Assembly (NCBI RefSeq): GCF_009914755.1
Contig: NC_060927.1
Strand: one strand, 5' to 3'
DNA from: the human T2T-CHM13v2.0 reference genome, Homo sapiens
DNA length: 64,000 bases
The notes below the pieces were generated by a model, which had not been told where the DNA came from, searched no databases, and saw nothing but the letters and a program-made list of their open reading frames with translations. Position 1 is the stretch's first letter, and every line of letters starts with the position of its first letter. The position numbers and the translations under genes were made by a program. This document shows positions 1 to 13,174 of this stretch, piece after piece.

Positions 1-660
1 CTAACACATTGGAAACCACACAGTTCAGGAGAAAATTCATCTCACATGCTGTAGCCTGCTTTCCCGGAACGTGTCCAGAGACTGCTGTGTCAACACTGCC
101 AAACTCAGCAAGCCACTCTCCCAACGGAATGGTGTGATTTGCCAAGGAAAAAACTGAACCCAGAGCCTGGGAGGAGGGAGCCGGGGGCCGGCGGCTAGAG
201 GGGATTGCGCATAGTTCAAAGGGAGGGTGGGCTTCCAATTGGACAAGGCACTTCCCCGATTACACAGCTGTCACTGACCCCTCCAAAGGCCACCGCTGCA
301 TCCCCTTGGGCTCCCTGTTCCCAGACAGGGCTGCATTTGTGTGCTCAGCTGCTGACTGTCCTACTCTTAAAGCACTCAGGGTGGGAGTGTGCGGAGGGAG
401 GAATGAGGATGTTTCTCAGCCTTTCTAAGTTCTGCCCCGAGGCAGCTTGGCGGAAGAGGAAAGGGCTTTGGCATCACCGTGACCGGATATTAATGTAGCT
501 CATAGGTCCTAGCTGCATTTGCCTAAAACAAGGATGAGCTCTTCCTCTTTGCAGAGATATTACAAATAGAAAAGATGCTAAGGATGGCGAAGGTGTTTAC
601 TACAGGGCAGGGACATAATAGGCGCCCACTGAATATCCGTTTCCTCCCACCGGTTTGTCC
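1..660. promoter_or_regulatory. CpG-enriched promoter/enhancer-like element with a dense transcription-factor motif cluster
   Basis: Non-repeat sequence with visibly more CpG than the rest of the window. Motifs: STAT/GAS TTCCCGGAA 61-69; C/EBP-like ATTGCGCATA 204-213; TCF/LEF TTCAAAG 215-221; KLF/SP GT-box GGGAGGGTGGG 221-231; palindromic CCAATTGG 235-242; ETS/PU.1 CACTTCCCC 249-257; E-box CAGCTG 265-270. Orientation not determined. Confidence 0.55.
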
Positions 661-1580
661 CTGGAGGTTGAGTGTGTGGTTCTATCTCTCTTGCTTGGTT
701 TTTAGGAGATAGAGGACAGCTCACCCATAAAGGGAATGTCTTGGATATGGAATTTCACAGTTAAAGCAGCCCCCAGACACCAAGTACAGCGACGAAACTC
801 CTTTTCTTTCTCCCCATGGAATATAAGCCCCAGTTCTACTGGGTGGCAAGAAACATCATCCAGTTTATGTAATGACTCCAGTCATTAATAGGGTTAACTT
901 AGGATCTGCAATTTGCAATTTGGTCACAGTCTAGCCCAAAATGACTGTGGGATTTCTTGCCTCTCCCCGTGCTTTTGTCCTAACTTAGTCTCTGAGGAGC
1001 AGGTGGTGAATGGAGGTCTTCGTGACTGGATGTGTGGGAGGGAGCAGCCACCTTGACCTCTTCTACTTTGGGTGCCTGCATGCAGCGTGGTAACCAGCTT
1101 CTCCATGCAGGTGGACTGGACGTGGGCAGCCTGCTGAGGAGTGTTGCTCATGTAATTCACACTCTGGGTGTGGCAAGTGGGTGGTCTGGTTTCCAAAAAG
1201 TTCCCTTAGAATCAAATCAGTCATGCTTCCTTTCCTCTACCCATCCCAACCAGCATATAAGCTGCACCCTTTTTTGGTGTTTGTCTCCCTGAATTACCTC
1301 ACTCATCTGGCAACTTTCAAGAGCATGCTGACTCTTTCTGCTGGCTATGTGGGACCTGCAGAGTCTCCTCCACACCACTTGGGGGCTGAAGACAGCCTGA
1401 TGCCCGTCTCCTGTACCTCTCCTGTACCAGCTCTCTAACACTCTGCTGGCTCCAATGAGGTAGTTCCATGAGATTGCCACTGTCAGAAACCTCTGGAAGA
1501 GAAGCAAAGGCCTTCCTCTTCTCTCTCAGCTGTCCTCAGCCCTCATGAGGAACCCTCTCCCACTTCTTGCTCCTTCCTTT

Positions 1581-1627
1581 GATGATGATGATAATGATGA
1601 TGATGATGATGATGATGGTGATGATGA
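1581..1627 (+). repeat. (GAT)n trinucleotide microsatellite
   Basis: About 15 GAT units with two interruptions, read directly. Confidence 0.95.
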
Positions 1628-1989
1628 CAACCTCTGTGTGTGTACGATGGAATATATCGCTCCTCATTCTTGATCTTTAAACTCTTCTCTCCTCAGGCAG
1701 AGGGAAAACCTGTCTCTTGCTACCTCTTTGCATCAGGTCTGTCTAGTCTCAAACTCAGAGCTGTGTTCTTTAGCAACTTTAGTGTTAGGAGTCTCTGCTC
1801 TCAGTGCTGGGGGGATGTCTGCAGAAATGGATGATCTTGATTTTAGTTTCTATTTGGTGGAGAGTCCCAACAAGAAGCCACCAGGGATCATGAAGGGGCA
1901 CATTTAATTAATATCTCACTTATCAACCTGCCAGTTTCATCATTTTAAAATTGACTGGTTTCAGGTCCCCTCTCAAGTTGTTCACTAGC

Positions 1990-2105
1990 TACTGGCAACC
2001 ATCTCATGGTATGACCTTGAGCACATTACTGCAGATTTCTGAGCTTCGATTTTCCAAGGCTGGATCATCTATAAGTCCCCTTCCAGCTCCAAACTTCTAA
2101 CATGT
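1990..2105 (+). mobile_element. MIR/MIR3 fragment
   Basis: tgaccttgagcacattac…ctgagcttcgatttcc…ataagtccccttccagctccaaac resembles the MIR3 core and tail. Confidence 0.5.
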
Positions 2106-3689
2106 ATGTGTTTGAGATTCTGGACAAGCCTCTATGTGCTGAGCTCTGGCATCCATATGAAATACAGACAGTCCCCATCAGACTCCAATTTCTCTAGTAA
2201 TGGAGGGGAGGTCTGGTATAGATTAAATATAATCCACTGATAATCCAAAACCCCACGTTAGCCTTTGGTTTTGATCTCATGTATTAGAGGAGTGAACAAG
2301 CTACAAAATTGACCAATTTGAATTCTACCTGTCCCTTCCCCTTCTATCCTCTCAAAGACATGCTAATTTGATCTGTAATGTGGCCAAAGGGCAGACAGTA
2401 GAAGGGAGGAGAAGCCAGAGGCATGAAAAATCCCCAAACTGGATCATCCACCCCCTGGATAATGGGCAGCTACCTGAACAGAATGCTCAATGAGGGCTCA
2501 TCTTTTTTCAAGCCAGCCCTGTCCCCATGCTGCAATAGCTATAATCTCCATGGCAAAAGGCATTAAACCATTGAGTTCCTTAGACAAATTCCACCATTCC
2601 TCACTCAATTCACAGGCAGGCTAGATTTATTGAAATTGAGAAATTGTTTAATTGTCATTTGGAAGTAGCAGTCTATTTAAAAGACCTAACCAAAATGCCC
2701 ATCTGGGGGCCCAGGAACCCGGTTTTCTGCTATCTGAATAAGTACAAGCAAACAGAAACTTGCATAAATTTTTCATGATTGCCTCCATAATTATAAATGT
2801 TTTTCTATGAATACCCCTTAAGCTATAAATGTACCCGACTTGTAAATATTGCTAAAATCCCATATGACCTCCTCTGGTCTCTCTCTACACCATAATCTCT
2901 TTGGAGTGCTGGGAGTACCCATTTTTGCTAACCATAATCTCTCTATATATCTCTCAGTTTATATCTTTGAAGGAGGAAATTTGATTGGCTCTTGGCTTGA
3001 CAATGGATAGGCTGCCTTTGGGTCAGAGGAGGATATATTCATTGCCTGCTCTACCCACAGACCCTGCCTGGACAAGGCTGCTCCATGTACCTTAAAACTA
3101 TGACAACAGTTACTTATACTAGGAGTGGACATCTGAGCTGGTCTGTGCTTACAAAATTCTTGGACTCTATGGCAAGAGACTAAACCAGCATGTAGCAACG
3201 TCCTTTCCTACTGCGAAGAACAAGTTAGACTACATGAGACTCTGAAGGTCCCTCAAATTCGAATGTTCTATAATTTCTTTCCTAAGCCTAAAGATTCTTA
3301 CAGCCTCTTGAAACCTGATTCCAGCAGAGATGAGGACTCACCAGGATATAGTGCGGCCAAGAGACTCTAAGCCGAGGTTAAGGTGGTAGAGAGGACTGGG
3401 AGTTAACAGGAATGCATACAAGTCAGGGCCAGAACTGTGATGACTGTGGCCCTCAGGAAGGGGGAACAATCAAAGATCAGGTCTAAAACTGGTGTCACAG
3501 CTGTCTTGCTGGGGCTGGACACCTGTATGCTTCTGGCATATGGAATTGGATATCCCTGGTCTCTATCCTCTGATTTATCTGGAGGTTGAGGAAACTCCTG
3601 GGAAAAGATTCAAACTCTGCTCACAGTTGGAGTTAGACCCCACTCAGATTTCCTTTACCTGCTTGCGCACTCCTCCCCCAGCTCCTATG

Positions 3690-3960
3690 AGTGGCTCGAG
3701 AGAATTGCCTTTGGCTGAACCAGAGATTTTGCATCTCAGCCCCAAAATGCAGCATAACTAACTTCTATAGGGCTACAAAAGGCTAGCTCCCAGCCCATTT
3801 TTGGGACTAGACTGAGGCTGGTATCCATCTGAGACCACATCCTTGATTAGCTGCTTTCTCACTCCATCCTGTTCCCCTTCTCCTGAAGAGCTTCTTTCAA
3901 TAAATTGTGTACCTTGAAATTTCTGTCTCAGCTTCTGTTTCTAGAAATCCTGACCTAAGT
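3690..3960 (+). mobile_element. LTR16-family (ERVL) LTR, 3' part
   Basis: ctgagaccacatccttg…tcaataaattg…tctcagcttctgtttctagaaatcctgacctaag matches the LTR16C-type end. Confidence 0.65.
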
Positions 3961-4206
3961 GATATTTTGTTGTTTAATACTGGGGAAGACTTGTATTTGA
4001 GAGATTCTAAGGAGACCACCTTTTTAATACCTGCTTCTTTTATGTCTTTGGGATCTTTCATTCTAATAAGGGGAAAATGTGTTAATTCACCAAAATGGTG
4101 GATTTGTTGACTGTTACGGAATAAGATAACCACTGCTCTACAAAGTTATTTATTTAAAGCAGAAAGATAATTTTTTTTTTTGGTGTTAAGGGATGTTTTA
4201 ATTTAG

Positions 4207-4622
<416 letters not shown>

Positions 4623-5165
4623 CTGTATAGGCATTTTTATTGTGGACACCTTCTTTTTTGTTTTCCTTATAGCCCCATTCCCCTCTCCTTCTTCTCCTCC
4701 TCCTCTTCTTTATCTTTCTCTCCTTCAGGTTAGCTATTACCTTCCTATTGCTATACTCATCTCAAAAATTTCAGCTCCTTGAGTCATCCCAGTTGTATAT
4801 TTTCTCACAAAAGTCCTGTATTCGCGTCTCTTCCTTCAAATAGTGATCTCAAGCATAGTTCTTGCTCTTAAGAAAGAAGCCCCCTTTTCCTGACTCACCC
4901 CACCAAGCTGCTGCCAAGCGTTCCGACGACTGCTTTGGGTTCCGAGTGGTTCCTCTGCTTGTGCAGCTGTTTCATCCAGTTAGCCAGCACAGCCTTACTC
5001 TGCCTCGCTTTCCTCTTCATTTCAATCCCCTAATCCTGCCTCATACCCAAGGCTTTTCTTCCTACTTGGTTCTCCTTATAGTGGTAACGGCTCCTCCTTG
5101 ATAGTCATTGGTGACCATTGGTGAGAACAAGTGCAAACAGGTCTAGAATTGCTTTATGGGTCAGT

Positions 5166-5780
5166 GTATCAGTTTTCTATGGCTGCATAACAAATTACCA
5201 CAAACCGAAGGATTTAAAATATTTAGGTTGGTGCAAAAGTGATTGTAATTCTTGCCATTACTTTTAATGGCAAAAACTGCCGTCAATTTGCACCAACCTA
5301 ATAACACCCATTTGTTAGCTCATCGTTCTGTAGGTCAAAATTCCTGGCCCATCTTGACAGAGTTCCTTGCTCAGGTCCCACTTTAAGGGGTGCCTTCTTA
5401 TCTGGAGGTTTCAGGGTGGCGGGGAGGGGTGGGCAGAAATCCAAGCTCATTCTCATTGAACTCAGTGGCAGAATCCAGTTCCTCAGTTACAGGACTGAGG
5501 TCTCCATCTTCTTGCTAGCTGTTGACCAGGACTTGTTCTCAGCTCCTAGAGGCCAGCTGCCTGCTGCATGCCATATGACCCCTTCATCTTCAGGTAGGCA
5601 GTGGAGACTCTCCCTTGCAATGATTCCCTCTTATATGAATATATTGGGTCTCTTATGTCCCCTGTCTCTAATCTCAAGACCCAGATTTAAAGGACTCATG
5701 AGATTAGGTCAGGCCCACTTGAATAATCTTCCTTATTTAGCATCCACCATGGCATATAATGCAACCTAATCACATGAACA
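5166..5780 (-). mobile_element. MLT1-family (MaLR) LTR interrupted by MADE1
   Basis: tgtatcagttttctatggctgcataacaaattaccacaaac … ggcagaatccagttcctc…aggactgaggtc… is typical antisense MLT1 (D/E-type). Confidence 0.8.
5223..5301. mobile_element. MADE1 (Hsmar1-derived mariner MITE)
   Basis: About 80-bp palindrome with perfect terminal inverted repeats TTAGGTTGGTGCAAA / TTTGCACCAACCTAA, inner TTGCCATTA/TAATGGCAA, and TA on the right flank. Confidence 0.93.
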
Positions 5781-5902
5781 ATACCTGCAATCTTTGCCTG
5801 AGGACTTCAATCAGTCCATGTGGGAACAAGCAAGAAGTGTTAGGGACCCCCAAGAGCAGCCAGCAACCAATAACAGACGAAAACTCCAGCTTTCCTGCCC
5901 TT

Positions 5903-5961
5903 CAGTTCCTAACAGGGCATGGACTGGTACTGGTTTGTGGCCTGGGGGTTGGGGACCCCTG
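5903..5961 (+). mobile_element. MER1 (hAT-Charlie) terminal fragment
   Basis: gttcctaacagggcatggactggtactggtttgtggcctgggggttggggacccctg matches the MER1A/B end. Confidence 0.75.
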
Positions 5962-7204
5962 GCCTAGGGTATCAGGTTGAAGAAATTGCCAAACAACAAA
6001 GGATTCAAGATGTGATCTGGCTGCTTCTAATGGCCTACAATCAGATACAGGAGCAAATAAATGAGTTAAATTTGGAACTTAAAGTTAAAAGAGAAGAAGA
6101 ATATAAAAATTTGGAAAATTTGCAGACTGGCCATGTGATAGAGAAGGAAAAATCATTTTCAGGAGAGGAATTCAAGCAGTCTGTGGAGCAACCACTTGCT
6201 GGAGAGATCAGTGTAACTAAAATGGAACCAAGTGCTAATATCCAAGGCAGTGAGGAAAAGGCTTCAAAGGCATTTCAGAAATCTTGGAGGCAACCTTTCC
6301 CATCATAGGCCCAGAGGCTTAGGTGGACTGAATGGCTTCCAGGGGCCAAGCCCTGGGTGCCATTGCCCTGAGCCACTTTGGGAGGCTTTCCTCCCTATCC
6401 CTGCTGCTCCAGCTGCAGCTCAAAGGGCTTTAGGCACAGCTCAGGCTTCCACTTTGGAGAGTAATCCTTGGTGGCTTCCATGTGGTGGCAAGCCTATAGG
6501 TGCACAGAATACAAGAATGAAATAGGGTTGGCAGTTTTTAATGTAAATTCCAGAGTATGTATGAGAAAGCTTGGCTGCCTAGGAAGAAGCCTACAGCAAG
6601 GTGGGAGCCCCCACACAGAATCCTTACCAGGGCACTTCCTAGTGGAGTTGTGGGAAGGGAGCCATTGTCCTGCAGACCCAAAAATGGTAGAGCCACCAGC
6701 AGCTTTTAATCTGATCCTGGAAAAGCCACAGGCACTCAACTCCAACCTGTGAGACCAACCATGGTTGCTGCACCCTGCAGCTACAGAGGCAGGGTTGCCC
6801 AAGGCCTTGGGAGCTCACCTTTTGCACTAGTGTGCCCCGGATGCAGGACATGGAGTCAAAGGAGATTATTTGGAGCTTTAGGGTTTAATGTCTGCCCTGC
6901 TGAGTTTCGGACTTGTATGGGGCTTATTGCCCCTTTTATTTGGCCAACTTCTCCCATTTAAAATGGGGATATTTACCCAATTTCTGTTCCACCATTTTAT
7001 CTTGAAAGTAAATAGCTTCTTTTTTACTTTACATGCTCATAGGTAGAAGGAACTTACCTTGATTCTCAGATGAGACTTTGGACCTTAGACATCGGACTTT
7101 GATTTGATGCTGAAACAAGTTAAGTCTTTGGGAAACTATTGAGAAGGGATGGTTGTATTTTGCAAAGTGAGAAGAACATAAGATTTGGGGCCCCAGGGGA
7201 AGAA
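5962..7204 (+). mobile_element. MST-int (MaLR internal region), 5'-truncated
   Basis: gaagaaatt…aaacaacaaaggattcaagatgtga…aaatttggaaaatttgcag…gggccccaggggaagaa, directly followed by an MST LTR; accounts for the ORFs at 5919-6961. Confidence 0.85.
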
Positions 7205-7611
7205 TGATATAGTTTGGTTTGGATGTTTGTCCCCTCCAAATGTCATGTTGAAATATGATCCCCAATGTTGGAAGTGGGGCCTAGTGGGAAGTGTCTGGGT
7301 CATGGGGACAGATCCCTCATGAATGTCTTAGTGCCCTCCTTGTGGTAATGAGTGAGTTCTTGCAAAATCTGGTTGTTTACAAAGGGTGTGGCACCTCCCC
7401 ACTCTCTCTCTGTCTTGCTACATGGTATGCTGGCTGCCTCTTCACTTTCCACCATGATTGTAAGGTTCCTGAGGTCCTCACCAGAAGCCAAGCAGATGTT
7501 GGTGCCATGTCTGTAATAGCCTGAAGAACTGTGAGCCAAATAAACCTCTTTTCTTTATAAATTACTCAGCCTTGGGTATTCTTTTATAGTGATGCAAAAT
7601 AGATTAAGATA
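7205..7611 (+). mobile_element. MSTB-type LTR (3' LTR)
   Basis: tgatatagtttgg…ccccaatgttggaagtggggcc…gaactgtgagccaaataaacctcttttctttataaattactcagcc…. Confidence 0.88.
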
Positions 7612-8547
7612 CCTGCTGAGCCACCAGCTTGAGCAATGTGGATGGCCAAGCTCTACTTTCCAAAGGAAGCACATCATTATAAGACAGACTTACATGCTAG
7701 AAAATCCTTCTTTGGAATGATCTGAAAGCTACCTTCCTGCAATTTCTGCTTGTAGGTACCAGTTCTGTGCTCTGGGTCAGAGGGAGGGGCAAATCTGTGT
7801 CCTCTGCCACACAGTCACTAGAGAAGACCCTGAAATGCTGAGGGGAACAATCTATTTAATCTGGGTAGCATCCCTTCCCAAGCATGTAGATCCTGACTGA
7901 CTCTGTACTCTTCCATGCCATGTGATTAGCTGCACATAAGTCCCCATTGCTTTAAGTTCCTGACTCAGATAATGAAGTTAATTCTTCCCTGGAAGGAGAG
8001 ACAAGAGGTCATCTGATCAGGAAGAAGGAATTGTCTTTGGGTCCTCTGGAGAGGCAGCTGCAGAACAGAGTGTGGTGATTAGACAGGAAATCTCAGTATC
8101 CCTAATGCCTACAACAGCTAATTGAGGCAAAGGTATATTTACTGAGCCTTAAATTATATACTTAATTTTTTTTACCACTACATAATAAGTGTAGACTTAG
8201 TCAAAATAATATATAACCTCAAAAGACAAAAATAATTTAATAAGCAATTTTAACTTGTTATCTCATTTAAACCTTTTAACAACCCTGGAAGTTAGATTGA
8301 AATATTTTCATTTTATAGGTGGAAAAAATCAACCCTCAGAAGGTGAGTGAAATCAGCATACTCTCAGCAAGCTAGGCCAGCCTTATTCTGGGCAAGATGG
8401 AATACAGTGCCCACCTGCCCCTTGTGGAGAGGAATTTGGGAGAAGACCTGGATCCAGGGTACTAATCCACGTTCCACATGGACCATGCAGAGTAAATGGT
8501 GGCAATAGTTCCAGTTTCAAAGTTGTAATTTGGACCTTTGAATATCG

Positions 8548-9007
8548 TTGATAGGCAAAATAACAACCCCTCTCCCCAAATCCATGTCCTAATTCCTGAA
8601 ATCTGAGAATATGTGATCGTCTATGGCAAAGGGGACTTTGCAGGTATGATTAATTTCAGGATCTGTGAATAGGAAAATTATCTTGGATTATCTGGACGAA
8701 CCCAACATGATCACAAGAGTCCTTATAAGAAGGAGGCAAGAGCATCAGAGAGAGAGAGATTTGAATATGCTATGCTGCTGACTTTGAAGAAGGGGAAAGG
8801 GATCACAAGCCAAGGAATGCATGTGGCCCCTAAAAGCTGGAAAAGGCGAGGACATGAATTCTTCCCTTAGGCGTCCGGTAACAACAGCCCTGCCAATACT
8901 CTGAGTTTAGCCCAGTGAGAACTGTGACCTACAGAACAATACATTTATGTTGTTTTAAGCCAATTAATTTATGGTAATTTGTTACAGCAGCAATAGGAAA
9001 CTAATAC
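8548..9007 (+). mobile_element. MLT1D-type solo LTR
   Basis: ggcaaaggggactttgcagg…aagccaaggaatgc…aagctggaaaaggc…tttgttacagcagcaataggaaactaataca. Confidence 0.88.
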
Positions 9008-9074
9008 AGTATACAACCATGGTTCTGGCTTGCTTGGTATGAACCAAGCATGAACAGATAACACATGTCAGCTT

Positions 9075-9480
9075 GTGTCTTTGTCTGGGTTCTGCAGAAG
9101 CAGACCCTCAAACTTATGTGAATGCAGTTGCTTATTTGGGAGTGTAAAGAAGCAAAGAAGACAGAGAGGCAAGGAAATTTATTCTTGCTGAGCAAGTTAC
9201 CAACTGTGGTTAATTGGGGGTGAGGCTGATGGAGGGTCTTTGGGAAATAGTGTGGGATAGGCTGCTGAAATGTGCCACCTGAAGGGCAGGAAAGCTGGAG
9301 TTTTCATCTGTTATTGGTTGATGGCTGCTCTTGGGGGTCCCTAACACTTCTTGCTTGTTCCCACATGGACTGATCAAAGTCCTCAGGCAAAGAGTTGCAG
9401 GTGTTCACATTAAGAAGTCATTGGTGTACAGGGGAATGTTGAGTGCTGAGGCAATATGGTGGGTCCATTAACGTCTGCTG
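9075..9480 (-). mobile_element. Ancient ERVL LTR (LTR16/LTR33-like)
   Basis: Antisense LTR end gtctgggttctgcagaagcagaccct…cttatttgggag. Confidence 0.55.
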
Positions 9481-9614
9481 AGGCTGATTTCATTGAGAGT
9501 TTGCCAGAAAAAGACAGGCTGCTCCTCATTCTGCAGATTCATGTGGATCCTTTCGGAATTAACTTGGAATGTTGCCTTGGGGTCTGAAATCTCAATAAAA
9601 GAACAGAAGGGCTT

Positions 9615-9971
<357 letters not shown>

Positions 9972-10428
9972 TCATGTGGGCTGTGAACAGCTGACTCCAG
10001 CCACCAGCAAGGAGAAGGCATTTTTTTTCCTGGACTCTGACCTTTGATGACCCAGCAGGGAGTTCCTGGCTAGGGATAGGGGGCATTTCATGAAGAAAAG
10101 AAGAAAGGTGTTTCATAAGGACTTGCTTAAAGAGGGAGCTAGACTGTGTCTTGACCAAGGGAGGGAGGAATAAAGCTCAGGGAAAATCAAGATGACCTAA
10201 AATTTTAATGTAAAGAGGGAACAAGAGTCTCATAAAATATACTCAGCTCTGGTAAATAAATCACCTGAAATACAACTAGAAGGACACTGTGTTCAGAAGA
10301 AGGGCAGACAGAATCACACTATAGAAGATGACCTAGAAACTCATGGATCCATGTGGAGAAACACAGTGGAGACTATTCTGGTGAGACTAAAATGTGGGAA
10401 GAACAATTGTTTTAGGGGTTTTAGCAGT

Positions 10429-10470
10429 GGGGCTGGGGCTGGGGCTGGGGCTGGGGCTGGGGCTGGGGCT
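10429..10470 (+). repeat. (GGGGCT)7 hexanucleotide repeat, G-quadruplex-prone
   Basis: Seven perfect GGGGCT units, read directly. Confidence 0.95.
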
Positions 10471-11049
10471 GGAGTGTCAGCTCTCCAGCATTCTGCACAA
10501 GCCTCATTCTGCTGAAAACAGGGCACATTCCTACAGTGCCCTGCTGACAACTTCCACTCCTAGACAGGCAGGTGAAGCCACAAGGGAAGAAAGATTATTC
10601 TGGAATTGATTATGACCACCAACAAAAAAACTAATTGGTAAAATGGAAGCGATAAAAGCTTTGCATAAAATGACTCTTTTACCCCAGGATTCATAAACGA
10701 GATATTGAGGATGGTAAGAAAATGGATTCTAGACTTCGGAAGGCAGATTTCCAAAACACTCCCCAAAAATGGATACAATCCTGTGGCTAGAAAATCTAAC
10801 TGGTGATATGACATAAGAAAAAATGGAGACTTTAAATCTAAAATTATTACAATCCAAGAATATGTCACCTCCAGAAAGAAATGTGCCTGTACATCACGCT
10901 TTCAGATAAATTCTACTCTAGAGTATATAAGGAAAAGCTAGAAGAAGGGGCACAGCCAAGGTATATGACAGAAGTAAGACATGGGCCAGGAGGGCTTCAG
11001 GAAGACTAAATTCCAGGAAAACCATTGACTACCCCACATGCTCAAAATA

Positions 11050-11210
11050 GTAATAACAACTGAACATTTATTGATCTCCTTCTATATTCTAGTGACTGTG
11101 CAAAGCATATTATCCCATTTTATCCTCATATCAATCCTATGAGGTAGGAAGAGGAAACTGAGGCTCCGAGTGACCAAGTGCCTGGTTCAAATCACACAGC
11201 TAGTAAGCAG
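11050..11210 (-). mobile_element. MIR
   Basis: acatttattga…atcctcata…cctatgaggtagg…gaggaaactgaggctc…tcacacagctagtaag. Confidence 0.8.
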
Positions 11211-13174
11211 ATTAAACAAAAATGTTGACAAGTAAGATGGACTGACAGCTAGTTCAACCTGGCTCAAAGGGCACTGCTTCCTGCCTCCACATGAACCTGG
11301 AGAAAGGTTTCTAGTAGTTGCCAGCAGGCTCTGTCTTTGGCATAATTGTGGCTAACATTTGAGTAAATGACCCGAATCTACATATCATAAAGCCAGGAGG
11401 CACAGAGAAGGAATGTTGATAGATAAAGTTTCAAAATTATTGCAAGCTGGACTTCTTAGACAAAAGTAAACTGGTGCTCATGCACAGGTTGAAGGGCCTT
11501 CTGAGGAAATTTCTGGGGTGGTTTCTAGTGGGGGCCTGATAACCACAACCTCACATGAGACAGGGTGTTGTGGCCAGTCTCATGAAGGCCTGGTGGTCTG
11601 AACATCTGCTTGGAGCTCCTGCACTCACGTTTGTGACGGGGTCGCTTAGGCCTGGTGGTGGCGAAGAATGTCTGGGGTACCCCATGTGGTAGCTCGATGG
11701 CAGTATCCCAGCTAAGGGTCCCCCTTCTTGCTCCTGGATTCCACTATGTTGGTCCTCATTCTGCCTTCCCTTTCTGCGGCCACACTGTCTTGCATACCCT
11801 GCCTCCTGTCTTCCTTTTCAGTGTGATCCTCTGCTTTCTGTTGTTGGTGAGTTTCTCATAGCTTTTTGTCCATTGCAAACCCCTCTTTTTATTTTTTAAT
11901 GTGTTTATGTAGATATGTAATATATTATTTTTATGTTTTCTATCCTTTCTAGGATTTGGCCTAGGAAGGGCAAAATGTAATGTTTGCCCAGTCATTGAAA
12001 GCAGAAGTTGTTGCCTGAAATAGACTGTTCAAACTATCTCTGAAGTCTCTGTTTGAGAGCCGTGGAAAATGGGAACATTAAGTTATTTAATTTCAAATCC
12101 AACTCAGAAAGCACAGAGAGCTGCTTATGCTCATTGCTCAAGTGACAGCCTTTTTGACAGACCCACATAGGTGCCTCTCTAGTCAAAGACGGAAAAGACA
12201 GTCACTATAATACTTCATCAAACACCTTCTAGACATGAGGCAAATTTTTTCTTCATGAAATCTCGGAGGAAGCATTGGAATATCTCCCAGAACAACTTAT
12301 AAAATATCCAGTGAAATTATAATAACTGGAGGCTGCAAAAACTAATCACTTATTTTGATGATTACATAATGTTTTTATTTTTAAACGTAGATTACAAAAG
12401 CCAAAACTTAATTTTTTCTGCACACTTATTTGAGCTATTAAAACTTCTTATAAATGCCTTATTTTCCTTCCTTCATTCCTTTTTTCCTTCATTCCTTCTT
12501 TTCTCTTTTTCTTTCTTATATTTACAAGAAAAAAATAAGAAAAGGGAAATTAAATCAAGTCTTCCTTATCTCATCTTATTATTAAGAATATGTTCTACAA
12601 ATATAATGTGGCATAGTATCCAAATGTGGTTTTGCAGTTAGTGGAACTAGCAAGATTCCCAGAGTCCAATTTCATCCTTTGATATAAATTTCAGATTTTT
12701 TTAAAAAGACAAAACCACCTTGGAGAGCTAAATTCATCAGAATCAACCATGAAAGATAGGTAAGGAAATATGGATAATGCAGTGAGGGCCAGAACTCTTA
12801 TCATGCATACAAGAGTTTGAGAACATCTTATAGTGTGGAGAGGCCTCTTGTTGCCTGCCCAGGATTTAAGGTTCTTGATGAGCCAACATCAACTTCCCTT
12901 CCAGGCTTATCTCTCATTATTTTCTCTGCTCTCACTTTTTCTCACACACTCTTTTTCTCTCTACTTACATGCGCGTGCACACACACACACACGGAGAGAA
13001 AGAGAGAGAGAGAGAAAGGGGAAGTTAAACAATTCAGAGAACAGTCCTACAAATTAGGACCGTATCTGCATCATGAGCATTAATATTCTGTGACTGTCAT
13101 TAACCTTATTCATTTCAGGGATAAGCTGAAGTTCACCAAGATTCCCAAAATATTTTCATAGTTGATGGCAAGGC

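Noticed and set aside
10341-10609. ORFs with PA or GL dipeptide repeats
   Set aside because: Translations of the (GGGGCT)7 repeat; no splice or expression support.
10688-10713. Possible 26-nt plus-strand micro-exon (cttttaccccag|…ATG|gtaaga)
   Set aside because: Such site pairs occur by chance in 64 kb, the length is not a multiple of 3, and no partner exons were found.
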